DNA from: an uncultured Gammaproteobacteria bacterium
GTDB lineage: Bacteria > Patescibacteriota > Microgenomatia > Levybacterales > UBA12049
NCBI GenBank assembly: GCA_964507055.1
Contig: CAZDOJ010000001.1
Coordinates: 1,105,313-1,169,312 of the forward strand
Direction: 5' to 3'
DNA: 64,000 bases
Part shown: positions 37,725 through 46,884 of the stretch, piece by piece
How the letters are laid out: each line of letters begins with the position of its first letter
How positions within the stretch are numbered: the stretch's first letter is position 1
Notes under the pieces: generated by a model
What the model was told of the DNA's origin: nothing
The model's input: only the letters and a program-made list of their open reading frames with translations
Databases searched by the model: none
Program-made: the position numbers and the translations under genes

Positions 37725-39599
37725 ATGCCCGAAACTCAACACGCTGCCAAACCAAGCTTATCTTTTGCCAAGCTCGTTGCAACACCATCAGACACTGCAT
37801 GGTCTCAAGCATATAACGCTGGTAATTTATTTGTATGTCTTTCTCTCACGAAAGACACTTTTGAAGAAGGCGATTCTTTGCAAACAAGTGGAAAAGACAT
37901 GTTTAATGCATTGCAATCAGAATTCTTCTCACTTGAAGATAAAAATCCTGACGCGATTAAAGAAGCAATTGCAATAAGTCTAACAAAACTTCCTGAATCA
38001 ATTCATGCAAGTCTTGTCTTGGCAAACTTTAAAGAAGACATGCTTACGGTATTTGTTGCAGGTATTGGAAGTGTCGCAATGAAGCGATCAGATAAGGTCG
38101 GAACACTAATTGAAAAACACACAAGTGAACATCATGCGATCAATTATGCAGCTGGATATCTTCAAAATAGCGATACAATCGTCTTACAGACTGGACAATT
38201 CGCTCAAGGTATTTCATCGGATACAGTAAAAGGTGCACTTGATTTAGAATTACCAAATGATGTTGTTGAATCACTCTCTCCTCTTGTCCATGAACAAGAT
38301 AATGGAGCACAAGCTGCTATCGTTATTCGTTATAGTGGTCCAACTTCACATCATAGTGTGGCGGCAGATCCGGAATCAATTCCAGAACAGAAAGTTGCAA
38401 TAGAAGCCGAAAATGAAACGGAGACAGAAAAAGAACCAACACTAGAGACAGCAGTTGAAGAAGACAAAATAGAGCATGAACAAGTAGAACCAACACTTGC
38501 TGATGCAATAGAGAAAGAAGAATCAGAATTTTCAGATGAAGAGGAAACAAAAAAAGGTATGAACATCACAATGCCTTCATTGCCTTTTATAAAAAATCTC
38601 TCGTTTCATCTTTCACATAGAAGAAAAATGTTCTTAAGTGTTGCTGTTGTTATATTTGTCCTTCTTGGAGTTAGTATTTTCTTTACTTTCCAAAAAGAAA
38701 ATGATGAAAAACGTCAGGCATTGTTTGCTGAGATCTACCCAGTTGCACAACAATATTATGAAGAAGGACAAGGATTGGAAAGTTTGAATAAAGAACGCAG
38801 TCGAGAGAGTTATTTGAAAGCGGATGCAAAAATTAAAGAAGGCGAAGAAAAAATAGGCAAAGGCACTGACGAATATAAACAATTAGAAGATCTCAAAGCA
38901 AAAGTAGCAGCAGCATTAGAAGGAACTTCAGCACAACAAACAGCAGCACTAGAAGAAGCAACACCTCCCGAAAATTCACTACTTGCTGTCGAACAAGCCA
39001 ATGCTTCAGGAAAAGGCTTTGGACAGGATACTGCTGCTGTTTATATGATAACCAGTGATACGATAACTTCATTTTCAAAAAGCAGCGGGAGCAAAAAAGA
39101 TATTGTAGAAAATGACAAAGATTGGACGACTCCCAAAGCCGTGGTTCCCTACCAAACAAATATCTATGTTCTCGATCAGAAAAATGGAGTATTGAAATAT
39201 ACACCAAGTGCAGACAAATTCACAAAATCATCATACTTCACAGGAACAAAACCAAATCTTTCAAAAGCAACTGGGATGGCAATTGACGGATCTATCTGGA
39301 TAGTGAGTACCGATGGGAAAATTTTAAAATACACAAAGGGACAACAAGATACATTCGGCATCTCAGGGATAGATAAACCTTTGAATAACCCGACAAAAAT
39401 TGTCACGGACACAAGTATCGACAATGTTTATATCATGGATAACGGCAACAGCAGAATCGTCCAACTTGATAAAAAAGGTGCTTTCCAAAAAGAATATCCA
39501 GCAAGTGTTATCGCAAACGCACAAGATTTTGATGTAAACCAAAAAGATAATAAGATACTTATCTACTCAAATAATAAAGTCTGGGAACTTCCCCTGTAA
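37725..39599 (+). CDS. hypothetical bitopic protein: cytoplasmic N-domain, acidic linker, TM, C-terminal extracellular repeat domain
   Basis: 624 aa; TM 'MFLSVAVVIFVLLGVSIFFTF' near aa 300; acidic E/T-rich linker; C-terminal Y/N/D-rich beta-like repeats. Confidence 0.3.
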   Translation: MPETQHAAKPSLSFAKLVATPSDTAWSQAYNAGNLFVCLSLTKDTFEEGDSLQTSGKDMFNALQSEFFSLEDKNPDAIKEAIAISLTKLPESIHASLVLANFKEDMLTVFVAGIGSVAMKRSDKVGTLIEKHTSEHHAINYAAGYLQNSDTIVLQTGQFAQGISSDTVKGALDLELPNDVVESLSPLVHEQDNGAQAAIVIRYSGPTSHHSVAADPESIPEQKVAIEAENETETEKEPTLETAVEEDKIEHEQVEPTLADAIEKEESEFSDEEETKKGMNITMPSLPFIKNLSFHLSHRRKMFLSVAVVIFVLLGVSIFFTFQKENDEKRQALFAEIYPVAQQYYEEGQGLESLNKERSRESYLKADAKIKEGEEKIGKGTDEYKQLEDLKAKVAAALEGTSAQQTAALEEATPPENSLLAVEQANASGKGFGQDTAAVYMITSDTITSFSKSSGSKKDIVENDKDWTTPKAVVPYQTNIYVLDQKNGVLKYTPSADKFTKSSYFTGTKPNLSKATGMAIDGSIWIVSTDGKILKYTKGQQDTFGISGIDKPLNNPTKIVTDTSIDNVYIMDNGNSRIVQLDKKGAFQKEYPASVIANAQDFDVNQKDNKILIYSNNKVWELPL

Positions 39600-39642
39600 T
39601 ACTTCTCGTCAGCATGCCTCCAGCCTGTGATAAAATGAAAGA

Positions 39643-40083
39643 ATGAAAATAACAAATAGTAAAGCTACATTTGATTATGTGTTACATGATACTTTTGAAG
39701 CAGGAATTACTCTGCAAGGTGCAGAAGTAAAAGCGATAAAATTGGGACATGCTGATTTATCAGGAAGTTTTGTGCGAATTATTGGTGGAGAAGCATTTTT
39801 AGTGAATGCAAAAATATTTCCATACAAATTTGCACGCTCTGATGCGTTCGAAGAACGACGTACAAGAAAGCTTCTTATGCATAAAAAAGAGATCATTTCG
39901 CTGAAATCCAAAATGGACGGTTCGAGCTTGACAGTCGTGCCTGTTTCCCTATATACTACGCACAACCTGATCAAACTTGAATTAGCTTTAGCAAAGGCAA
40001 AAAAGAAGTTTGATAAGAAAGAAACGATTAAAAATCGCGATATTGATAGGGATACCGAGCGAGCTCTACGGGGCAAGCGGTAA
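39643..40083 (+). CDS. smpB: SsrA-binding protein SmpB
   Basis: 'KAIKLGHADLSGSFVRIIGGEAFLVNAKIFPY...RTRKLLMHKKEI' canonical SmpB. Confidence 0.9.
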   Translation: MKITNSKATFDYVLHDTFEAGITLQGAEVKAIKLGHADLSGSFVRIIGGEAFLVNAKIFPYKFARSDAFEERRTRKLLMHKKEIISLKSKMDGSSLTVVPVSLYTTHNLIKLELALAKAKKKFDKKETIKNRDIDRDTERALRGKR

Positions 40084-40145
40084 TCGATATTCGCTTTAAC
40101 TCTTCGACTTCTGAGGACTTGTTCCCCGTAGCGCGAAGAGTGAAA

Positions 40146-40560
40146 GGGGATGAATCGATTCGACGGGAAAAGTTCTTTTAAAACTGCAAGCCGACGATGA
40201 CACATAGTCGCAAAACGAGGTCAAAAAACAAATGCTAAATCTAGCATTCAAGCCTTAAGAGCTGAAAAGGACCGCATTCTTGCGGAACTTAACGGCCTTT
40301 ACGGCGGCCAACAAGCTTACGCACTAGCTGCTTAAGCTTTAAAGCCTGTTCATATAAGTCTTCCCTCGCCGGGACTGTATGGGCATAAAAATAGGTGGGG
40401 AAAACCTTAGAGGAATGGCTCTACCTTTATTGTATTTAGAGCATATACTTTGTTATTCCGGTCAACAGGACACGGCAAAGTGAATAAAAATAGTTGACTA
40501 CGCTTGTAGACGTTTTAAGAAATTTTTTTCACACTCCGGTTCACTGCCGGACATCTCCAC
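40146..40560 (+). ncRNA. ssrA: tmRNA (ssrA)
   Basis: 5' 'GGGGATGAATCGATTCGACGGG' matches tmRNA tRNA-like 5' end; 3' T-arm TCCGG-TTCACTG-CCGGA and acceptor CATCTCC pairing with GGGGATG incl. G3:U wobble; internal ORF ends 'GCTTACGCACTAGCTGCTTAA' (..AYALAA*); immediately downstream of smpB. Confidence 0.8.
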
Positions 40561-40605
40561 AAAAAAACCTCACTCTTCAGTAGGGTTTTCTGTTACTATA
40601 AATAC

Positions 40606-41304
40606 ATGTGTTGGTCAGCTACTGCAAGTATTACAGCAACAACCCTCGGAGCGGTAGCGACTGGATATGCTGCGAAAAAGAAAGTTCCTAAGGCACGTGT
40701 ATTTGCCCTTGGATTTTTTACCCTCATGGAATTGCTTCAAGCACTTTCCTATATTTGGATCAATCAATGTGATCTCACTGGAAATGTATTACTAACCCAA
40801 CTTGGATATATCCATATCGCTTTCCAGATACCAGTCGCAAATGCATTGATGCTGTCGTTTGTTTCTGAGAAAAAGAGAAAGAAGTGGTTTAAGCCGGTTA
40901 TGATCATTTCCTTTATCGGCACCTTTTTGATTCTGGCGAAACTTTTTGCACCTATGCTTTGGACGATACCGAGTGACCTGATGTGTAAAGTTGGTGATCC
41001 GATGTGCGGCACTAATGCTTGTACCTATACCGGAAATTGGCATCTCGCATGGAAGCTCCCACTCATGGGGTATGATGCAGGTTTCATGATCTATTTCTCT
41101 TTGGTCTTTTTACTTCCAATTCTCTATGGAAGCTGGCGTTTCTCTATTTTTCACTTTATTACCGGCCCAACTCTCGCTTGGATGTTAACGAATGATAAAA
41201 ATGAAGCTCCTGCGGTATGGTGTCTCTTCTCTATAGCAATTCTTTGTGCGATCTTCTTTAAACCACTGAAGAGATGGCTTGAAACCCCAATGAGAGATAA
41301 ATGA
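40606..41304 (+). CDS. hypothetical polytopic membrane protein
   Basis: 232 aa, ~6 TM. Confidence 0.3.
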   Translation: MCWSATASITATTLGAVATGYAAKKKVPKARVFALGFFTLMELLQALSYIWINQCDLTGNVLLTQLGYIHIAFQIPVANALMLSFVSEKKRKKWFKPVMIISFIGTFLILAKLFAPMLWTIPSDLMCKVGDPMCGTNACTYTGNWHLAWKLPLMGYDAGFMIYFSLVFLLPILYGSWRFSIFHFITGPTLAWMLTNDKNEAPAVWCLFSIAILCAIFFKPLKRWLETPMRDK

Positions 41305-41306
41305 AA

Positions 41307-41690
41307 TTAAACTTGGGCAGTAAAGAGGTTTATTATTGAGAGAAGTAATCCAAACAAAAGTGCCCAGCCAAAATTGTCGATATCAAAACCTGGCACAATA
41401 CTGCTTGCAAGAAGTATAACCAACGCATTGATAACTATCGTAAAAAGTCCCAGTGTTACAATTGTTAATGGTAGTGTTAAAAGTAAAAGTAACGGTTTAA
41501 CTAAGACATTTAAAATCCCTAGAACAACGGCAAATACGAGTGCCGCGAAGAAATTATCGACATGAACTCCAGGAAGAAGATAGGCAGCAATCAAAACAAC
41601 AATTGCACTGAGGAACCATCCGATGATTATGTTCATACATCTATAACACCACGAAACGACATTGGTGTCAAGATCATTCCCCATGTGCAA
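41307..41690 (-). CDS. PF04020-like (phage holin 4_2 superfamily) membrane protein
   Basis: 'AAYLLPGVHVDNFFAALVFAVVLGILNVLVKPLLLLLTLPLTIVTLGLFTIVINALVILLASSIVPGFDIDNFGWALL' matches family consensus. Confidence 0.65.
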   Translation of the reverse strand: MHMGNDLDTNVVSWCYRCMNIIIGWFLSAIVVLIAAYLLPGVHVDNFFAALVFAVVLGILNVLVKPLLLLLTLPLTIVTLGLFTIVINALVILLASSIVPGFDIDNFGWALLFGLLLSIINLFTAQV

Positions 41691-42387
41691 ATGTCACACC
41701 CCATACATGTTTTACTCCTGCCCTTTTAAGTACATTTGCAGCTTCTTTTAATGTCGCTCCTGAAGTAACGACATCATCAACAAGAAAAACTTGCGGCTGA
41801 TCCTTGAGTATTTCACTAAAATCAGATTTTATCGCAAATGCATTTTTAATATTTTCCTGCCTAAATTCTTTGGTTAAGCCAACTTGCGTCTTTGTCTCTT
41901 TTACCCTTTCGAGACAATCAATCGTTGCGACCCCAAATCTTTTCGTCAAACCTTTTGCTAAGAGATGAGAGTGATTGTATCCACGTTTTCTTAATTTTTT
42001 CTTATGTAATGGTATCGGTACAAAAATGCTTTTTATAAAGAGCAGTTCATAAAATTGTTCTTTTTGAATAATACCTTCACAAAATAGTTCTACGATCGTA
42101 CTTTGTAGATCAGTCAAATATGGTGGGTATTTAAATGTATACACAATTTTCTTCACAACACCTTTATAGACAACACTTGGAAAAACACCATCAATACTGT
42201 ATCGCGTTTTGCATACTGGATGTGTTATACCATCAATTGTCAAACGCTGGCACATGATGCAAACCATATTTTCATTAAATGAAATATACGAAAGACAGTT
42301 GGAGCAAAGATATGATCCTGATTTTTTACACTGAATACAATGTTTGGGGAAAAGAAAATCTAGGAGAGACACAATTAGATTGTACAA
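41674..42387 (-). CDS. comFC: ComF-family phosphoribosyltransferase-like competence protein
   Basis: N-terminal double zinc ribbon 'CIQCKKSGSYLCSNCL', C-terminal PRTase motif 'VFLVDDVVTSGATL'. Confidence 0.8.
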   Translation of the reverse strand: MYNLIVSLLDFLFPKHCIQCKKSGSYLCSNCLSYISFNENMVCIMCQRLTIDGITHPVCKTRYSIDGVFPSVVYKGVVKKIVYTFKYPPYLTDLQSTIVELFCEGIIQKEQFYELLFIKSIFVPIPLHKKKLRKRGYNHSHLLAKGLTKRFGVATIDCLERVKETKTQVGLTKEFRQENIKNAFAIKSDFSEILKDQPQVFLVDDVVTSGATLKEAANVLKRAGVKHVWGVTFAHGE

Positions 42388-42419
42388 TTAAAAGAGGATT
42401 TTGTCTACAATAATGAGTG

Positions 42420-42506
42420 CGGAGGGAACAGGATTCGAACCTGCGGTAGGTTTAACCCCACGACTCCTTAGCAAGGAGTTACCATAAACCACTCGGACAT
42501 CCCTCC
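42420..42506 (-). tRNA. tRNA-Ser (anticodon GCU)
   Basis: minus-strand sequence GGAGGGATGTCCGAGTGG...ACTCC-TTGCTAA-GGAGT..long variable arm..GCAGG-TTCGAAT-CCTGT-TCCCTCC-G; class II tRNA. Confidence 0.8.
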
Positions 42507-42528
42507 TCAGTTCAAATGTTATTTTTTG

Positions 42529-42615
42529 CGGAGGAGATGAGATTCGAACTCATGGACCCTTTGACAGGTCGGAGGTTTAGTAAACCTCTGCACTCGGCCA
42601 CTATGCGACTCCTCC
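42529..42615 (-). tRNA. tRNA-Ser-like class II tRNA with apparent anticodon ACU (A34)
   Basis: GGAGGAG-TC-GCAT..GAGGT-TTACTAA-ACCTC-long variable arm-ATGAG-TTCGAAT-CTCAT-CTCCTCC-G; body highly similar to neighbouring tRNA-Ser(UGA); anticodon loop reads T-T-A-C-T-A-A. Confidence 0.65.
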
Positions 42616-42636
42616 AGATAGGTATTATGTAAGATG

Positions 42637-42723
42637 CGGAGAGAGTGGGATTCGAACCCACGGAAGGCTTGCACCCTCAGATGTTTTCAAGACATCCGCA
42701 CTCGACCACTATGCGATCTCTCC
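42637..42723 (-). tRNA. tRNA-Ser (anticodon UGA)
   Basis: GGAGAGA..GATGT-CTTGAAA-ACATC..long variable arm..GTGGG-TTCGAAT-CCCAC-TCTCTCC-G. Confidence 0.8.
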
Positions 42724-42826
42724 ATAACCTCGTCCAAGTATTCTACCAAAAATTCTATCTAGAAGCTAATAAGAAAATATTTTAGCATTTCTTGACTTCC
42801 TTTTTCTAATCAGTTAGAGTGAAAAT

Positions 42827-43387
42827 ATGGCCACTGCCCCAGCGAAACCCACGGAACAAATTGAAAATATCGATGAGTTAATAGGTGACGAACATATTGT
42901 AAAAACATTCATGTCTTGGCACGCACCTGGTCGGCCATACAGAAAACGATCGAAAGAATATTACATAAATAGCCTCCTTATTACTATTGCCATCGAAATT
43001 ATTCTTTTTCTTTTCTCTCAGTATCTTCTTATGCTCGTCGTTTTTTCACTTGCGTTCTTAGCTTTTGCACTCGCTATTGTTCCACCACATAAATTCTATT
43101 ACAGCATAAGTACTGAGGGAATACGTATTGAAGACAATTACTTCATTTGGGATGAACTCTATGATTTCTATTTTATGAAGCGGCAAGGAGTAGATGTGCT
43201 CCATGTTCGAACGAAGGCATATTTCCCAGGAGAATTGACGATAGTGCTTGGAGATATTCCTGTGGAGCAAGTACGTAAAGTTTTACTCATGTTTCTTCCA
43301 TACCGTGAATACGTCGAACCAACATTTATGGAAAAAGCAGGAGATTGGCTGGAAAGAAATTTCCCATTGGAAAGAACTACGCAATAA
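42827..43387 (+). CDS. hypothetical membrane protein
   Basis: 186 aa, two central TM helices. Confidence 0.3.
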   Translation: MATAPAKPTEQIENIDELIGDEHIVKTFMSWHAPGRPYRKRSKEYYINSLLITIAIEIILFLFSQYLLMLVVFSLAFLAFALAIVPPHKFYYSISTEGIRIEDNYFIWDELYDFYFMKRQGVDVLHVRTKAYFPGELTIVLGDIPVEQVRKVLLMFLPYREYVEPTFMEKAGDWLERNFPLERTTQ

Positions 43388-43440
43388 ATTCATTATTAGT
43401 TGCCTCAAAAACCCGTATAAGGTAAAATACACGTTACTAT

Positions 43441-43514
43441 GCACCCGTAGCTTAGCTGGATAGAGCACAACATTGCGGATGTTGAGGTCGGAAGTTCGAA
43501 TCTTCTCGGGTGTA
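43441..43514 (+). tRNA. tRNA-Arg (anticodon GCG)
   Basis: 74 nt: GCACCCG-TA-GCTT-AGCTGGATA-GAGC-A-CAACA-TTGCGGA-TGTTG-AGGTC-GGAAG-TTCGAAT-CTTCT-CGGGTGT-A. Confidence 0.7.
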
Positions 43515-43574
43515 CTTAGGTCGAAAGGATCCCCTTTTCCATGGGATTCACCGTTATAATAACGGATATTCTTG

Positions 43575-43664
43575 GAGGGATCGCATAGTGGTCGAGTGCG
43601 GCGGTTTCGAAAACCGCTGTCCTGATTTTCTTCGGGACCGAGGGTTCGAATCCCTCTCCCTCCG
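43575..43664 (+). tRNA. tRNA-Ser (anticodon CGA)
   Basis: GGAGGGA..GCGGT-TTCGAAA-ACCGC..long variable arm..GAGGG-TTCGAAT-CCCTC-TCCCTCC-G. Confidence 0.8.
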
Positions 43665-43672
43665 CAAATAGC

Positions 43673-44707
43673 TTATTTCTTCTTACTCATCTTGCCAAAA
43701 AGTTGTAATTCCCAGATAAAGAGAAGCATGAGGGCGATTATTGCAATTACTGAGGCTTTCCAGATACCACGAGCAACTTTCTTCACCTTCATCTCTTCCA
43801 AGCGTTTTGACCATCTTGCTAATTTTGCTCGATAATCATTTTTTGTTTGCTCGTCCATGTCTGAAGTTTCTATATCAACAGCTCCTCTTTTTAATTGGGC
43901 TTGAGCATCATTTACAGTACTATCTGCCTCCTCAGTACTAATTTCTTCTTTATCTTTGGGATCCTCGTTCTCTTTTTCTAAAGGAAATCCACTTAATAAT
44001 TCTTCTTTTTGTTCAGCATTAAGATCAGACATTTCCTCGACTACAGCTTGGACTTCATCTCTGGATAAACCACTCAAAGCAGCTTTTGTTGCCTGCATTT
44101 CCTCAGCACTCAAGCGTTCTTTCCCGGCTATAATTTTTGCTGCTGCTGTCATTTTTCGAAGATTTTCCTTATCTTTCTCTGGAACTTCAACCGAGTTAAC
44201 TAATTTATCTACAGCCTGCTCTTCACTATTTTTCGATTCATCAACTTCTTCTTTAGATTGGGGTTGGTAATCAATTACCTCTTGAATCTTTCCATCACTG
44301 CTTTCATCTAAGCTATTTAACAACTCAGTAAAAGCTGTTCTTGCTTGATCATTTTGCTGAATTTGATGCGTTCTTTGTGTAACTTTTGCAATATCTTGTT
44401 TTTCTTCATCAGATAATTCTTCTAGATATGTAGCACTATACACCTCACCAATAGATGTTTTGAGTTTTTCTTTTGATTCATCGGTAAAATTCCCCTCTCC
44501 ATCCACGGGAGTACTTTTAACCTCCCACAGAAATTCTTTTACCTGCTCAGCAATATTTGCTTTGGCAAAAGCTTCTCTCTTTTCCTGATCTGGCACAGAA
44601 GCCTCATAGTGGGCTTGTTTTTCCTGTTCTCGTGCCTGTTCTTGGTTATCTCCTGACTCCATATCTTTCCTTTCTCCTATCCTCCAATATTTAGCCTGAA
44701 TTGTCAA
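43673..44707 (-). CDS. hypothetical acidic coiled-coil protein with C-terminal membrane anchor
   Basis: 344 aa, E/K/D/Q-rich, predicted helical; C-terminal TM 'VIAIIALMLLFIWELQLF'. Confidence 0.35.
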   Translation of the reverse strand: MTIQAKYWRIGERKDMESGDNQEQAREQEKQAHYEASVPDQEKREAFAKANIAEQVKEFLWEVKSTPVDGEGNFTDESKEKLKTSIGEVYSATYLEELSDEEKQDIAKVTQRTHQIQQNDQARTAFTELLNSLDESSDGKIQEVIDYQPQSKEEVDESKNSEEQAVDKLVNSVEVPEKDKENLRKMTAAAKIIAGKERLSAEEMQATKAALSGLSRDEVQAVVEEMSDLNAEQKEELLSGFPLEKENEDPKDKEEISTEEADSTVNDAQAQLKRGAVDIETSDMDEQTKNDYRAKLARWSKRLEEMKVKKVARGIWKASVIAIIALMLLFIWELQLFGKMSKKK

Positions 44708-44822
44708 GCTAGAATCCTATCAAACTTGGATACCTATAAAGAATAGGTTATAATTACAAAATCATTGTAATAGAACTCTGCCTTGTACACTTGATATTTT
44801 CCTTATAAAAAAATTACGAATT

Positions 44823-44906
44823 GGAGGAGTCGGATAGCGGTCTATTCCACACGCTTGGAAAGCGTGCGAGCGTAAGCTCACGCGGGTTCGAATCCCGCCT
44901 CCTCCG
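44823..44906 (+). tRNA. tRNA-Ser (anticodon GGA)
   Basis: GGAGGAG..CACGC-TTGGAAA-GCGTG..long variable arm..GCGGG-TTCGAAT-CCCGC-CTCCTCC-G. Confidence 0.75.
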
Positions 44907-44956
44907 CCCACGCCCTTACTATTGACAACCCAAAGTAAATCCATCACACTGAAATT

Positions 44957-46864
44957 ATGCGAAATTCTGCCCTCGCTCAATCTTTTGCTAAGTTCTTTCT
45001 TTCATTCTTGCTTTCTGCTGGCATAGGTTTAGCCTTCTTTTTTAGTTTTGCAAATTTTGCTTCAGCACAAACAGTCACTCCTATCCCAACAGCTCCTTCT
45101 GCTTATAATGATTTTCGAACCCCTGATGTTGATCCAGATGTTCCAAGGAATCATCATACGTATACACAAATCGTTATTATTGATGTCCTTTCTGCATTAA
45201 TGTGTCAAATGGTCGGGATAGATCCACTTACACCTTCAAAACAATGTTTAGGCTTTAATCCAGTTACCAATAAATTAGGATATGCACAAACTGAATTTGG
45301 ACAACCGACAACTCCGCAATTAGGTGGAGCTGTGGGGACAATGACAACATTAGTAGGGGGATTATATACACCTACCGTTAGTTCCTCACAATATATGAAC
45401 TACCTTTCTTCAAACTTTGGGATAGTTAAAAGTGCTAATGCAGCCGCTCCAACGACCATTGATTGTTCAAAAGATGTGCAGTTTGGCTATGGATTCTGTG
45501 GCTTACAACCGATCTTTAAACTTTGGGTAGCAATGAGAGATTTTTCTTACGCCTTGCTTGTCATAGCGTTCATTTTTCTTGGTTTGGGTGTTATGTTACG
45601 ATTTAAAGCTGATCCAAGAACGGTAATGAATCTACAAAATCAGATTCCAAGAGTCATTGTCGCAATTCTATTGATCACGTTCTCTTATGCTATTGCTGGT
45701 GGAATGGTCGATCTTATGTGGACAGTCACATATGCCGGAGTAAATGTCATTGCAAGTACCACAGACGCGAAAGTACGTGATGGCTGTGGTCAGCCAGGAG
45801 ATGGGGCATCACTCACTGAAACTGCCACCAATAATTTACTCGATAATCCTGTGAGTTTCGCAAATAGAATCTATTTACGAGACTGTGAGGGTGTCGATAG
45901 CGGAATAGTTAATATTTCGGGAAGGGTGACTGACTCATTTATAGCCTTGGTTCTTAGTATTATAAAAGAAATTACAGGTTGGGATCTCAATGCAGCCGAT
46001 TGTGGAATAACTACACTTTTTGCTGGCTGTCTCATACATTTTGGACTGTGGTTAACAGAGCTCATTATTACTCTTATTATTTTAGTAACCATCTTTATAG
46101 CATTATTTAGGTTATGGTTTGAATTAATTAAAGCGTATATTACATTCTTTATCTTTGTTATTTTGGGACCAATATGGATAGTTCTCGGATTGATTCCAGG
46201 AAGACCTCTTGGTTTTGAGAAATGGTTTAGGCTCATTTTTGCGAACTTAGCTGCATTCCCTCTTGTCGCATTTATCTTGGTATTTGCACGTGTTGTTGTT
46301 GAATCAGTACAGCCAGTGGTTGAAACACCAGTCGACCCAACAGCAACATTTGTTCCACCACTTGTTGGAAATCCAAATGCTACGGCATTTGGGGTACTTC
46401 TTGCACTCGGAGCTATTTTGATTGCACCAACAATTCCAGCTATGATACGTGAACGTATGAAGGTAGGACAAGGGAAATTCGGTGCTACTATCGCAGCAGG
46501 CTTAGGAGTAGCAACAGGTGTTGCTGCTGCACCTGCAACGAAAGCATGGAAGAATTTAAATAGAAGAAACTCTACGACTGGTGCACCTGAAGGAGCTTTG
46601 GCTGTATGGAGACATAGAGCTGTGGGCAGGGTTCCAGGCGTTCAGGCATCAAGAGATAGGAAGATAGCTTCTAAAAACGCATATAATGATCCAGGGACAG
46701 ATGCTTCAGGAAAGAGAAAATCCTATGGCCAAGCATACAAAGATAACTTGAATGCTATGGATCGAACAACATTAGGGCAGAAAGCAGGTACGCCGGTAAA
46801 GTGGGCAAGAAATAAACTGAGATCAAGAGGCGGTGGAGGCTCCAACACAGGAAGCGGCACCTGA
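44957..46864 (+). CDS. VirB6/TrbL-like polytopic membrane protein of type IV secretion-like cluster
   Basis: 635 aa; signal peptide, ~200-aa extracytoplasmic domain, then ~8 TM segments, Gly/Arg-rich C-terminal tail; first gene of T4SS-like cluster. Confidence 0.4.
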   Translation: MRNSALAQSFAKFFLSFLLSAGIGLAFFFSFANFASAQTVTPIPTAPSAYNDFRTPDVDPDVPRNHHTYTQIVIIDVLSALMCQMVGIDPLTPSKQCLGFNPVTNKLGYAQTEFGQPTTPQLGGAVGTMTTLVGGLYTPTVSSSQYMNYLSSNFGIVKSANAAAPTTIDCSKDVQFGYGFCGLQPIFKLWVAMRDFSYALLVIAFIFLGLGVMLRFKADPRTVMNLQNQIPRVIVAILLITFSYAIAGGMVDLMWTVTYAGVNVIASTTDAKVRDGCGQPGDGASLTETATNNLLDNPVSFANRIYLRDCEGVDSGIVNISGRVTDSFIALVLSIIKEITGWDLNAADCGITTLFAGCLIHFGLWLTELIITLIILVTIFIALFRLWFELIKAYITFFIFVILGPIWIVLGLIPGRPLGFEKWFRLIFANLAAFPLVAFILVFARVVVESVQPVVETPVDPTATFVPPLVGNPNATAFGVLLALGAILIAPTIPAMIRERMKVGQGKFGATIAAGLGVATGVAAAPATKAWKNLNRRNSTTGAPEGALAVWRHRAVGRVPGVQASRDRKIASKNAYNDPGTDASGKRKSYGQAYKDNLNAMDRTTLGQKAGTPVKWARNKLRSRGGGGSNTGSGT

Positions 46865-46884
46865 CGGTAGGAGAGTAAAAGAAA

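Noticed and set aside
39675-40205. 176-aa minus-strand ORF
   Set aside because: It is antisense to smpB and runs into the tmRNA 5' end. smpB and ssrA are strongly supported.
44762-44980. 72-aa minus-strand ORF
   Set aside because: It overlaps the tRNA-Ser(GGA) gene, and its translation is simply the reverse complement of tRNA sequence.
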